Shown here one piece after another: positions 41,120 to 51,566 of a DNA stretch of 64,000 nt. This DNA is from Trypanosoma brucei (taxonomy: Eukaryota). The notes under the pieces are model-generated. The model made no database searches, was not told the DNA's origin, and worked only from the letters and a program-made list of their open reading frames with translations. Numbering within the stretch: the first letter of the stretch is position 1; the number at the start of each line of letters is the position of its first letter. The DNA is taken from contig CH464491.1 of NCBI GenBank assembly GCA_000002445.1, forward strand, positions 1,952,001-2,016,000, read 5' to 3'. A program made the translations under genes and the position numbers.

Positions 41120-43978
41120 CTAGACGGTGGGGCACGCAGATGTCACGCGGCGCACGCCTCGGGAAAGGAAGTGTAGGCTGGCCAAGTTTACCGTGGTGCG
41201 CGGAACCTTTTCTGCGACAGCCTTGTAACCAACCCTGGCCTCACTTACCGTTTTGTCCGCGTGGCAAGCAACGCAAAGTGTCTGTAGGTTGTCTAAATCA
41301 GAAGATCCCCCTCCTTGGGATACGGCTAGTATGTGATCTGCATTCCAGATGCTCCCCGGAGTAGGGTGCTCAACAATTCGGTTAAAAAGCACAGGGTGCT
41401 GTCGAAGTTGGGGGTGCAACCTGTCAAGTATATCTTCCCGTTCACTTCGACTAGTCGCAGCGACTGCTAAAGAATAAAGCAGTTCACAATCCACCTGACA
41501 AACCGAACAGATACCTTTGTCTACCTCCTGAACGCCCCTGCGGGCTGCAGAGCTGGACCGTTTGATAAAGAATACCCCGCGGCAGGCACCGCTACAAAAC
41601 ATCCGGGTATCATCGTCTATACGCACGACGCTGCCTGGTGAAATGAACTCCGAAGCTACCAGCGTACTGTCGCACTCCAAACACACCGGCAGAAAATGAG
41701 TTTCTAAAGGGACTAGCAATGCCCCGTAAGTGCGCTCGGGGAAATTGCGTTTCACTACCTTCCAGAAAAACACCCTGCCCAAGAGAATGTCGCTCTTGGC
41801 GTAACGGACAACTGTTTTCCGAGGTGCTCTCACCGGACGCCACGTAAAGTTAGATGGAAGCCAGGCGGCAGCCGTCCGCAGTCTCCGCCGTTCAACAGGA
41901 GATAACATATCGACATGGCTCAAGTAATCCCTCAGCTGCCTTGGAAACTCACCATCATGCCGCCAGTACTGCTGTGCCTCCTGAGTCGACAAACTCGTTA
42001 GATGCTTGCCTTCATGAACCACATGAATTCGACCTGTGTTGTGGCTGATACGGAAGAGAAGGGGTGCCGATAACCCTGATATGTCCAAAAAGGAGGGGGC
42101 TGGATGTCCCGCAGACGGAGTGGCTTCTTCCTCTAGTAACGCATTATGTACAGGCGCAGTGCCACTTAGGTAGCTTGCATCTAACGACAGCTTCACACCA
42201 TCGGTAATGCGCCTCACTGCTTGAAAAGATCGAGAAAGACGCGAAAACTGGGCCCCATCAAAGAAGGATCCCGTACTTATAATGTAATACAGAATGACAT
42301 GATTTTTCTGCCCAGGGCGGTGAAGCCGATCTTCCGCTTGCTGCATCCAACCGATGTCGGGCGGAAGTTCCGCAAACAACGCGCAGGAAGCACCTGTCAA
42401 CCGAACTCCAACCGCACAAGCAGTGATCCCGACAAGCGCTACAGAGACGTCCCCATCATTAAAACGTGAGAGCAGTTCCACTCTCGAGTTCATGGGAGTC
42501 CCTCCATCGATACGTATCCATGTAACCTTCTTATCGTTTACGTAAGTCGTCAGGCAATCCAAAAGATTAAGATGATGTGCAAAAAGCACAATTTTTCCAT
42601 GCTTGCAAAGCAAAAGGTCAACAATGTCTAGTATTTTTTCACGACTTTCAATCCAATTATCCGAATAAACCTTTTGGAAGAGGGACTTGTTCTTCTGACC
42701 CCTGATTGCATCAGTTGGAATACGCAAAATAACTCGTTGTTTCGTTGGCAAATCAACTAATGTTTCCGATTTAAGCCGACGAATCATGCAGGTTGCGTTT
42801 AGCAATGAATGCAATTCGGTACTTCGCGTACACTCAAATGTCCTAAAATATGGTGAGAACTCAATACGACAGTATCGCAAAGCAAATTCGAACCTTGAAG
42901 AGCCAAGCAAACCGGGACAGACCGTATCAACCTGGTTGAAAAGGTCAAAAGGGGTCGACAGCGAGGGAGTCCCGGTGAGAAGCAAACAATACTTTGTTCG
43001 CCTTCCGAGTTCACACAACAGGGTGGTGTAGTGTGCATCACAGGAAGCGTCAACTGAAGTATGGAGAATATGGCTTTCATCGACGACTAGGGAGCTCCAT
43101 TGACGACTCTTCATGTGGTTGGCCAACAAGGAAACCATATGAAAACTTGTGACAACAACCTTAGGTTCATCACTGCGGGAAAGGAAGTCACTCGAGGAAG
43201 TAATAACGCGAATATCGTCCATGTTCAGAACATCCATGAGCCATTTCTCCAACTCGTCCGCCCACATGTGCCGCAACGCGGCAGGGCAGACAATAAGTGC
43301 TGGAAAGGCGTTCAAGGCGGCCAAGGTTCCAATGGCTTGAAGGGTTTTACCAACACCCATTTCGTCAGCAAACATGGCCCGGCCACCGAATGACAACGCT
43401 TTACAAATCCCATCCACCTGATGCCGGTGTAACGCAGCCATAAGTTTTGGTGGCAGAAGATCCGGTAAATGGACAGCTTTGTTTTCTTTAACGGTTGATA
43501 TCGCTTCCCTGCAAACTCTTGAAGGCTCATTGACGTGGAGACGGTTTCCGCTCTCACCCGATAACATCCTAAGCTCATGCAGAAGGAGATCCAGTGAGTC
43601 AATGGAGTATCGAAAGCAGCCCTCTTGTATCATTGTCGACTCGCTCAAACTAAGTGGCAGCTCTTTCATAATTTGAAGGGAAGCTGAGGTAGTCATATTC
43701 ATGAAACCTAAGCGAACACATCTGTTGGTAAAATCGATTTCCACTTGCGCTATTTTGCAGTTATGTGTGGAAATCCGACCCGATATAACGGGGACAAATT
43801 CGATGAACCTTTCCCCCTCATTCAACTCTGCAACGTAATCACGAAGAACAGATTGCACGTTAAGAATTCCGTCAGGGCAACGGCACTCGAACACGCAACC
43901 AAAACGGGAAATCCTGAATAATCTCTGTGAACAGCAATCAAAGCAGTATTCCTGACCCCTTCGAAGTAGCTGCTCCAT
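41120..43978 (-). CDS. SNF2-family DNA-dependent ATPase with C-terminal HNH nuclease domain (ZRANB3/SMARCAL1-like annealing helicase)
   Basis: SNF2 motifs LADEMGVGKTLQAIG, DESHILH, LLLTGTPSLS. Helicase-C motif QAEDRLHRPGQ. C-terminal HNH motif CSVCQ...WNADHILAVSQGG...NLQTLCVACHADKT. Confidence 0.7.
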   Translation of the reverse strand: MEQLLRRGQEYCFDCCSQRLFRISRFGCVFECRCPDGILNVQSVLRDYVAELNEGERFIEFVPVISGRISTHNCKIAQVEIDFTNRCVRLGFMNMTTSASLQIMKELPLSLSESTMIQEGCFRYSIDSLDLLLHELRMLSGESGNRLHVNEPSRVCREAISTVKENKAVHLPDLLPPKLMAALHRHQVDGICKALSFGGRAMFADEMGVGKTLQAIGTLAALNAFPALIVCPAALRHMWADELEKWLMDVLNMDDIRVITSSSDFLSRSDEPKVVVTSFHMVSLLANHMKSRQWSSLVVDESHILHTSVDASCDAHYTTLLCELGRRTKYCLLLTGTPSLSTPFDLFNQVDTVCPGLLGSSRFEFALRYCRIEFSPYFRTFECTRSTELHSLLNATCMIRRLKSETLVDLPTKQRVILRIPTDAIRGQKNKSLFQKVYSDNWIESREKILDIVDLLLCKHGKIVLFAHHLNLLDCLTTYVNDKKVTWIRIDGGTPMNSRVELLSRFNDGDVSVALVGITACAVGVRLTGASCALFAELPPDIGWMQQAEDRLHRPGQKNHVILYYIISTGSFFDGAQFSRLSRSFQAVRRITDGVKLSLDASYLSGTAPVHNALLEEEATPSAGHPAPSFLDISGLSAPLLFRISHNTGRIHVVHEGKHLTSLSTQEAQQYWRHDGEFPRQLRDYLSHVDMLSPVERRRLRTAAAWLPSNFTWRPVRAPRKTVVRYAKSDILLGRVFFWKVVKRNFPERTYGALLVPLETHFLPVCLECDSTLVASEFISPGSVVRIDDDTRMFCSGACRGVFFIKRSSSAARRGVQEVDKGICSVCQVDCELLYSLAVAATSRSEREDILDRLHPQLRQHPVLFNRIVEHPTPGSIWNADHILAVSQGGGSSDLDNLQTLCVACHADKTVSEARVGYKAVAEKVPRTTVNLASLHFLSRGVRRVTSACPTV

Positions 43979-45253
43979 GGCCCCAAGGTCGTCAGTGCCA
44001 CCTGAAATATATAAAGAAGATTCACATAAAATCCACTACCCCTATGTGTATGCAACAGTCAAAACCGCCATAGAGGATGAGAATCAAAGAAAGGACCAAT
44101 GCATGCATATATTGTGGTGCGCGTCTAGTAACACACCACAGTGACAGCACCACTTCAAACTAAAAAAAAAAAGCTCGGCCTCTCAGTCTTTTCGTGCAGA
44201 GTCATGCAACTTTGCATGCGAAAGAACTGTGGGCAGCATATTTTCACCCTGCGGCAAACACTGCTCGTGGTCTCAGTGATATAAACGCCCTTAAATGTTT
44301 GGAAACATATTCATACGTAAAACATCGACGCGGCATATTTAAATTAATATGCCAGTTTCTTCAATAAACACATAGCAAAAGCGATTTGCTACCAACCAAC
44401 GAAAGATCAAGTACGGCTTCTGATACCTTTACAGCGCCGATGCTGGAAGGCACTTGGTGGTCTCCGATGGCGGCGAGGACCAGATCTATCCCCTGTCGCT
44501 GGAGAACACCAAAACCTTTTCGGTTCCACGATAACAACTAGAAACTTACTGTTCAACTCACTCAATGTTGTGAGCAGCGTGCCGTTTGGGGATCAAAGAT
44601 TATACAGGAAATCCGAAAGCACAAGTACGTTTCGGTTTCTCCAAACCCTTGTGCGCTTCGAGCTACCGGACAGCAGTGGGAGCCCCGTACACACACAGAC
44701 ACACACACGCACGCACAAATACAAATAATTTTCTTCGACACATTTGAGAATCAAACACAATCTGGATCCTTTGCCTCCTCTACCATGGGTCCGTATATAA
44801 TAAACCGCACCGGGACCTTATGCAGTGAAGTTAGGATGCGTCACTGGTTGTCTAGCTCTGAGCGGTTCTTGTTACTGATTTCCCCCTAAAATAAATTATG
44901 TTTCAGTGAAATAAAAAGATTAAGACACATATTTACATCAAATCACTATGTCACACTTAATCAAACCCCTTAATGCAGCAACTTTACTCCCAAAAGAGAA
45001 ATATCAGAGGGGGAATAGCACTACAACAGGACCAATAAGTGGGCAAAAGAGCATCGTTCCATTTGGTTGAAGAAAAAAAAACATTTTGAGCACAGAAAAA
45101 AATTACCAAAAAAGCCGTCGCTTTCTTGGTACGTTACGTTCTTATATAACAATGTAAACGCTATTACAGGGTGTTGTCTTCCCTATTCTCTCCCCTACAA
45201 CTAACCATTTTCGCTATGTTCCCCTATGGAAAAAAAGAAGGATACTCCGCCCT

Positions 45254-46165
45254 TTAATAACCCTGCTGAATACTTTCCGCTAGTGGGGGTTTGTGCTCCC
45301 CTCCATCCACCATCTCCTGTGGTGTCTTCCTACTCATAGCCTTCCTACTTGGTCTTGGTGGTTCTTTTATGTACATTGGCTTCGTTCGTACCTCACGATT
45401 GTTCTCTGCGTATCGGGCAAACTGCTCCCGTGCCTCCCGTTGATCTTCCAATTCCTCCCAAGTCAATTCCCACGAGTCTCTGTGCTCTATTGCAAGCAGT
45501 ACCATGTGTTTGGCAGCCTTTATCATGTCGTCCTGTTCCTTTTCAGTTAAGTCCCTCACCTTTTCAGCCGGATTTCCCGCCCACATTTCACCTGAGGGGA
45601 TGACCGCGCCTGACTGGAGAACCGAGGCTGCGCACAGCATGGAGCCAGACTCTATCTTTGCATCCCTCATCACAATGGCGTTAGCCCCGACGAAGGAGCA
45701 AGACGCTATATCAGCTGCATCAACAATCGCCATGGGTTCGATGGTCGTCCACTTGCCAATAGTTGTGCCTCCCGTCACGATCGCTTTCTCCTGTACGTTA
45801 CAGCTTTCCCCGAAATATATTGTTTCTCCCCTTTCTGCACGAACAATGGCATTATACCCAATATAATTCTTCCGCCCTACACGAACATCACCCGACAAAA
45901 ATGCACTAGGGGCAATGAAAACGTTATCCATCACGGTTGGACGCACTCCGTTTACTGCAAGGAGTCTTGGAACACAATTTAACGCTTCCCTTGGCTGCAC
46001 TCCCATTAACGCATCACTCAAGGAAATAATCTTCCTCGACACCACGGAAAGTTTTGTTGCCAGTCTGTCCAGCGCGAGAGCAAGTTTCGTTGGTTTTTTC
46101 ACCGCCCAGTCAGGAAGAACTGCCGGCATTTGCGCTTCAGCAAGCGCAAGCCTACACCGTTTCAT
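45254..46165 (-). CDS. Gamma-carbonic-anhydrase-like left-handed beta-helix protein (probably non-catalytic)
   Basis: Hexapeptide-repeat core (GDVRVGRKNYIGYNAIV...IGKWTTIEPMAIV...SFVGANAIV) and a family-typical GEMWAGNPAEKVRDL tail. The metal-ligand histidines are absent from the core. Confidence 0.6.
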   Translation of the reverse strand: MKRCRLALAEAQMPAVLPDWAVKKPTKLALALDRLATKLSVVSRKIISLSDALMGVQPREALNCVPRLLAVNGVRPTVMDNVFIAPSAFLSGDVRVGRKNYIGYNAIVRAERGETIYFGESCNVQEKAIVTGGTTIGKWTTIEPMAIVDAADIASCSFVGANAIVMRDAKIESGSMLCAASVLQSGAVIPSGEMWAGNPAEKVRDLTEKEQDDMIKAAKHMVLLAIEHRDSWELTWEELEDQREAREQFARYAENNREVRTKPMYIKEPPRPSRKAMSRKTPQEMVDGGEHKPPLAESIQQGY

Positions 46166-46436
46166 TCCTTATGATTTCTTTACATGAGCACACACACGCA
46201 CAAAAAAAAAAATGGTATGGACAAGAGGAAATAGAGGGAAGTGTCTGCACGCTCCAAAACCAAGATGCACATCCGAGAATAACTGTCGCCAAAAGAGAAA
46301 CCCTTCAACCTTATGGCATCCATCCTGTGTCATTTAAAAAAACCCTGTTGAAGTTTGCGCGCTGAGAATGATCACTCCAAATCCAGAAGTTCACCACATA
46401 GTATTTCTCATACTCTACTCTTCCTTCATATGTGCT

Positions 46437-47612
46437 TTACACAAGTCGTGTCAGACGCGCAACCACGCTATCAACAAGTCCCAGGACTACGAACAAGCCA
46501 CCAATTATTCCACAGAGTTGCACCAAAAAGTGGTATATCGGTTCTCGTTTGAAATTATTGTTCACCTGCATTGGAAAAAAATCGAAGGAAAACTCGACAG
46601 AAGGAAAACCACCATAGCCAATAGCCACTTCACGGGAATTCCAGTTTGCGCTGTATTCATATGTCGGGGGGTGGAGGCCAGATGAAGCGCCACTTCCGTA
46701 GGTGGTAGGCACTATGTTCAAATAATACCTGACCTTCATGAATCTTCCACTGCCGTTAAATCGTTGTTTCTCCAGTGGATTTAAAACACCTCGGCGAGAA
46801 TGACGTCTTACGCTTTCGTCCCCAATAGAAAATTTATTTATCACATGACTTGCATCAAATTTCAAAAGGTCCTCCATCTTGATTGTGTTTTTGATGACCT
46901 TTGGAGTGAAAAATATAACGCCACTCACTTTTCTTACATTCAAGGCACCCCTGTAATTACAGCCGGGGTTTTCCAGAGATAGTTCACCGATGCATTGCTC
47001 GACCACATTTTTATTCGGCCTCGGCAGTCCTTTTCTATCGTGTTCGGCCATAACTTCTTCGCAAGTGTTGCAGCAATTCTTACCTCCAGCGATGGCTTTA
47101 TTACCAGTAAAACACCTTCCGCAAAAGTCGGGGGAGTTGGGGTCATTTCTCCTAGTATATAAAGGGCTCCTGGGGTCTGTGAAAAAGCGTCGGGTGCCCA
47201 AATAGGCAAGATTTCCCCCTACATCCACGGGAGTTTTTAACAGGTTTTCCGTAACATTAATACTAAAAGTTCCGCTAACATCACTCACATCGAGGAAAAG
47301 ATCGTGACACGGCTCTTGCATGAATGTAATGTCAATATTAAAAGTGATATTCTTCTCAGGGCTGGTATCCACTGATAGTTCCGTCTTGTAGGCATTCCAA
47401 CCTAAAGTGTAGGACATAACTTCCCACGATGCAAGAAGCCCAACCGCAAAAACTGTTATAATGCTAATAATAGCACCAGCTCGGGTCTGGGATCGGCAAT
47501 AATCCTCCTTTGGTTTCGTGAAAAGGTCTACAGCTGCAACTTTCCGAAGCAAAAAGGACGACGGAACTGGCTCGTCGTCGCTTTCGCTGCTGCGTTTCCG
47601 GAGGCCTATCAT
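46437..47612 (-). CDS. ERGIC3/Erv46-family ER-Golgi vesicle transporter protein
   Basis: N-terminal DLFTKPKEDY...TRAGAIISIITVF transmembrane segment, a Cys-rich lumenal CGRC...CCNTCEEV block, and a C-terminal transmembrane segment IIGGLFVVLGLV. Confidence 0.7.
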   Translation of the reverse strand: MIGLRKRSSESDDEPVPSSFLLRKVAAVDLFTKPKEDYCRSQTRAGAIISIITVFAVGLLASWEVMSYTLGWNAYKTELSVDTSPEKNITFNIDITFMQEPCHDLFLDVSDVSGTFSINVTENLLKTPVDVGGNLAYLGTRRFFTDPRSPLYTRRNDPNSPDFCGRCFTGNKAIAGGKNCCNTCEEVMAEHDRKGLPRPNKNVVEQCIGELSLENPGCNYRGALNVRKVSGVIFFTPKVIKNTIKMEDLLKFDASHVINKFSIGDESVRRHSRRGVLNPLEKQRFNGSGRFMKVRYYLNIVPTTYGSGASSGLHPPTYEYSANWNSREVAIGYGGFPSVEFSFDFFPMQVNNNFKREPIYHFLVQLCGIIGGLFVVLGLVDSVVARLTRLV

Positions 47613-50600
47613 TGAAATAAGTTATACGGCTGTTTCTTCATACATTGAAAAGGAAGAAAGCACTCGGTGCTGCTGTCAGTAGAAGCAGAAAATGAACGCA
47701 GAGCCACAAGGGGCTACTTGCAGACACCTCATGGCATTGATGCTAAAGTGTCTCAACAGCGTGACCGCATCTGAATAAGACATTACTCCTGGTAGTTACA
47801 CATTCCATCCCAAATCAAAATACAAACACGTGGAGTGGAAGGGAAGGGGAGGAGCACAAGAACAAACTGCGATCATGCCCGTAGAGAGGTCTTGGAGGGC
47901 AGGATAACTCGCTGACGATCGAATCTGCGCCATCCGCCAGAATAAGGCAATTCAACAAACACATGTAAGATTCCGCAAAAAAGATTACAGCGCTAAATGT
48001 TTACGTGCAGCGGCCCCTACAATTCTCTTGGGTCATTGACAGCACCTAGACTTCTCTTGTCAGCCACTCAGGCACATTTGTCCCCACCTTGTTTCCTTCA
48101 GGTGAGATATTTTTTTCACTTGTCCCCCCTACTCTGGAGCAACATTTGTTGCGCGGGTGTAACTCCCAAACTTTAGAACTCCCCACTGAAATTCATTACA
48201 CTGCAGTAGACATTCACCAGGATCACGACCGACCACCACGACGAAGCACACAACAAGGTGCTAGCTGGTGCTTATGATGTCATCCCGCCTTTGAGCACTC
48301 GATGCACACTCTTACTTTGGCGACTACGGGCTGCTTTTGAATAGTATTCGCTGTCTTTTAAAATACTAGGTGCTTGGCGGACCAAAGAGCTTTTTTTCTT
48401 TGGTGAAAGGGGGGTCAGACTGAAGAGGGGCCCACCGTTCATCCTCCCCCTAACACCATGGAAAAAGTTAATCACCATACAAGGTTTAACACCCTCTTTC
48501 AACAAGCCTTCTCCGTGGTTCATGGCGCTTTATCCGCAGTAGAGCTGACCGCACCCACGCGCACGCCGTTGGGAGTTATTTCCCCCTCTTGCTGGTCCTC
48601 GAATAAAAAGCATACCACGAAATCGGATAAACCCTGCTTTCGCTGGAGAATCAGCGGGCATTCCAGCGTACTCGATGCTAACTCAGGTGGTTGGCGACCC
48701 GTTAAGGAGGAAAGGCAACAACATCAGCTTTGGGGTTTGATAAGAGCGCCCACGCGACCTTCAGCACGTGCAGATGCGCTTTCTGGGATACCTGCAGTGT
48801 GTTTCCGTTTTTGAGCTCACTGTCCGAACTAGACACGTGCCCAACTTCATATGGATCGCGCAGGAGACCTGGTGTTCTCTCAAAGCCAAAGAGGGTGGCA
48901 TCGGCAAAACACCCGTACAATTAAAAATCTAGCCTTGCCATCGTGTCCACAGCTCCCTTGTGTGCGGAGGAGAGCAAACTCACGAGGATATCTTAATATC
49001 CGAGCAAGCGGCTGCTCCAAAGTGTAAAGAATACCGATACTTCTGGGTAATCGTATAGCGTCCGGCAACGTCGACAGGCGCTGTTTCCATCTCAGATAAT
49101 GCCTGTTGAGCTCATGATCGGAGACTGGTTGCGTTTGAACCTTGGTCCCGTGCGTTTCCTGTGGCCGTTAACCGTCATCCGACCACCGCTGGCGTGCCGT
49201 CTTCATAGGGGAACTCTTCATAACAGGGAATGCGCACAAAAAAGGAAAAAAAGCACAAAGAAACACCGAGGACGGCGGGAAGGTGTAGGCAGAGCGATTG
49301 CCATATCCTGGCGGATTTGTCAGGACGTCAGGTATTTCATCTAGAGCCGCGGTGTTAACGTTCCAGGGAAATGGAAAAAGGACGGAGTAATTCGAGGGAA
49401 CGGGGGGAGCCCCACGTCGGTACAGAAGAAGGAGCGTGGCAATAGAAGGTGCATCCATGTCGCTTGCAGGTGTTGCCACAAAAGAGTCAGGAAAGGGGGA
49501 AGAGAATGACGGTGTTTAGCGATTCATCATCCCCTCTAATTGGCGTAAAAGCTGCCCCCTGAGGTAAATGGGAGTACCTTGCAACACGCACGGAGAAGCA
49601 CAGCATAATTAACCGGAGGATGAATGCCTTTAGACCTGCAAAGGACCAAAAGCGGAAAGAGGAAGAAAAGTAACTTGGAGAGGGCGCCGTTTTCGAAATA
49701 CGCCAAATCAACCTCGTGTTTTGTATTCGCAGTGCCACGCGGTACAACCCCTTAAGCCGTCTGAACCGAGATTCTGAATCAATCTCAAGTGAAAGGTAGG
49801 AGCATTTCTGCCCCCTCGTAGCGGTTGTGGGGAAGGGGAGTGCCATCCCGAAATGCAGGTGGCGTGCCGTCAAACCCTACGAAACACGGTGTAGTAGTTC
49901 CCAAGGTACCTGTTCATTCTCCCTTAGTGACTCTCGACACTAGTGCTTTTAAGGCGTCACCACCCGGCGATCCTCTTCTTTTGTGCTACGCTGTGCGGTC
50001 AGACCTAGTAAGAATCGCGAACCCCGCGATGAATAAGCGTCTACAGGAAAAGGAAAGGAAAAGAAAAACGGCAGGGACTGTGATAATCGCACCGTTAGAG
50101 TGCCAACAGCGCGTGAATCAACTATAGTTGCCATGCCTCTGAGAAGAAGTTTGAGTAACGGAAGCTGCTGTTGAGATTCATGGACTTGTCGCGGGTGATC
50201 GCACCCCTCATGTACAGTTCTGGGTTGAAAAGAGAGTGAGAGGAGGGCAAGGCGAAGCAGATAGGCTTGATTTTCCCCGCGGCTCGTTTATTATTCCTTT
50301 TTCCTTCGCATTGCACCGGTAAGAACCCCGAAGGTAGCATTACATTTTCCCTGCTGCAGGGGCATGTGCTGCCGGTTGAGTCGAGCGTTGCATCGGGCTG
50401 TCTCACCGAGCCAAATGGTGTGGGTGTGCCACCACCTCTTCTCCGAGGAGTGGAGTTCCTAAGCATCGCCCATCCGGCTGGCCCCAGAAATATTATTTCA
50501 GTCTTTTAGGTTACAGTGGTGAAGTGCCACCCGAGCTCATATTGGCCGAACCGTAGGCGGAAGGGGAATTGTGAACTTTCATGGCCCTCTCTTTTTTTTT

Positions 50601-51566
50601 TCCTTGGTGACCGCCGCCTTCCCTGAGCCCTCTCTGATTGGGGGGAGCGGAAGGGGATCCCGCCGGTTTCATCTCCGTCGTTGGAGAGTTACTTCCCCGG
50701 CCCCTTCGATCGATGTTTCCTCGTCCGTTTCTTTGGTTTATCGCACCTGTGTGGACGGGTTGTTGGTTTCTGGTACTTCGTCTTTTGATGTTCGAGCACG
50801 CCCTTTAACCTCTAGGTTGGACTCCTTCGACGCACGCATGTTCTTCCACAGTGCGGGCGCCGAGGTTTTTTTGTTTTGGCACCCCTTCTACCTGCGTGTA
50901 CAGCCAACGTGGATCAGCTGGTGGACACAGTTGGCCTCCGGGCGCGTCCTCTTTTAGCGGTATTCTCTGAAGGCGGGTGGTTAAGACTCATTTTTTATTT
51001 GTGCCGCTGTTACTTCAATGTGATCCTGACGCATCGTGCATCTGCTTTGTTTGTGCTAGCTGATCGTTGCCACTGTTGGTTTGTTGCTGTCCCTATGTTG
51101 TTGTCTCTTACAGGGTGTGGTGGTAGTGTTTGCTTTACGTTCGTATGGTGAATGCCTTCTACGATGTTTTGATTTCCGGACGTTTTGGGTCTTTGGTTTT
51201 GTTAGTGTTTAGTGTTGACAAAGTTGTTAACGTTGGTGCTGCAGCCGACGTGGGACTGTGTGGGCCGTCGGTACTATTGGTGTGTGTAGCTCTCCCTCTT
51301 GGCTTCGTTTCAACAGCCCTTTCACGTAGCAGGTAACGTGGTTGCTGTACCTTTGAGATGTATATATATATATATTGGAAAGAATTGTCCTACAAAAGGG
51401 ACAAGGGCAGCTGATTTACTTGAAGTAGAGAGGGTCGTTGGGAAGAGGGTTGTTTGGCTTCATTCTCCCAGATTAGCTAATTGGCGACAAAACGCAGTTT
51501 GCTACCATCTTTTTTGCTCTGCCTTTTCATGTTCTCCTACACTCTATAAAGCTGTTGCTAAACGCG
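47613..51566. promoter_or_regulatory. Divergent strand-switch region (probable RNA pol II bidirectional transcription start region)
   Basis: All genes below 47612 are on the minus strand and all genes above 51567 are on the plus strand. The intervening 3.9 kb has no ORF longer than 130 aa. Confidence 0.7.
50570..51360 (+). promoter_or_regulatory. GT-rich tract upstream of the first plus-strand gene
   Basis: The plus strand is strongly G+T-biased, for example gtgtggtggtagtgtttgctttacgttcgtatggtg...ggtctttggttttgttagtgtttagtgttg, and ends in a (TA)8 repeat. Confidence 0.4.

Noticed and set aside
48458-51336. Short ORFs (60-128 aa) scattered through the strand-switch region, for example 50571..50957 and 50267..50509
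   Set aside because: None exceeds 130 aa, the compositions are biased (F/L/S/R-rich from GT-rich DNA), and none has a recognisable motif. A non-coding strand-switch region is the simpler explanation.
47613-51566. Possible tRNA or snRNA genes in the strand-switch region
   Set aside because: I scanned by eye for B-box GGTTCGANTCC and A-box TRGCNNAGTGG on both strands and found nothing convincing. I cannot rule them out without covariance-model tools, so I did not annotate any.
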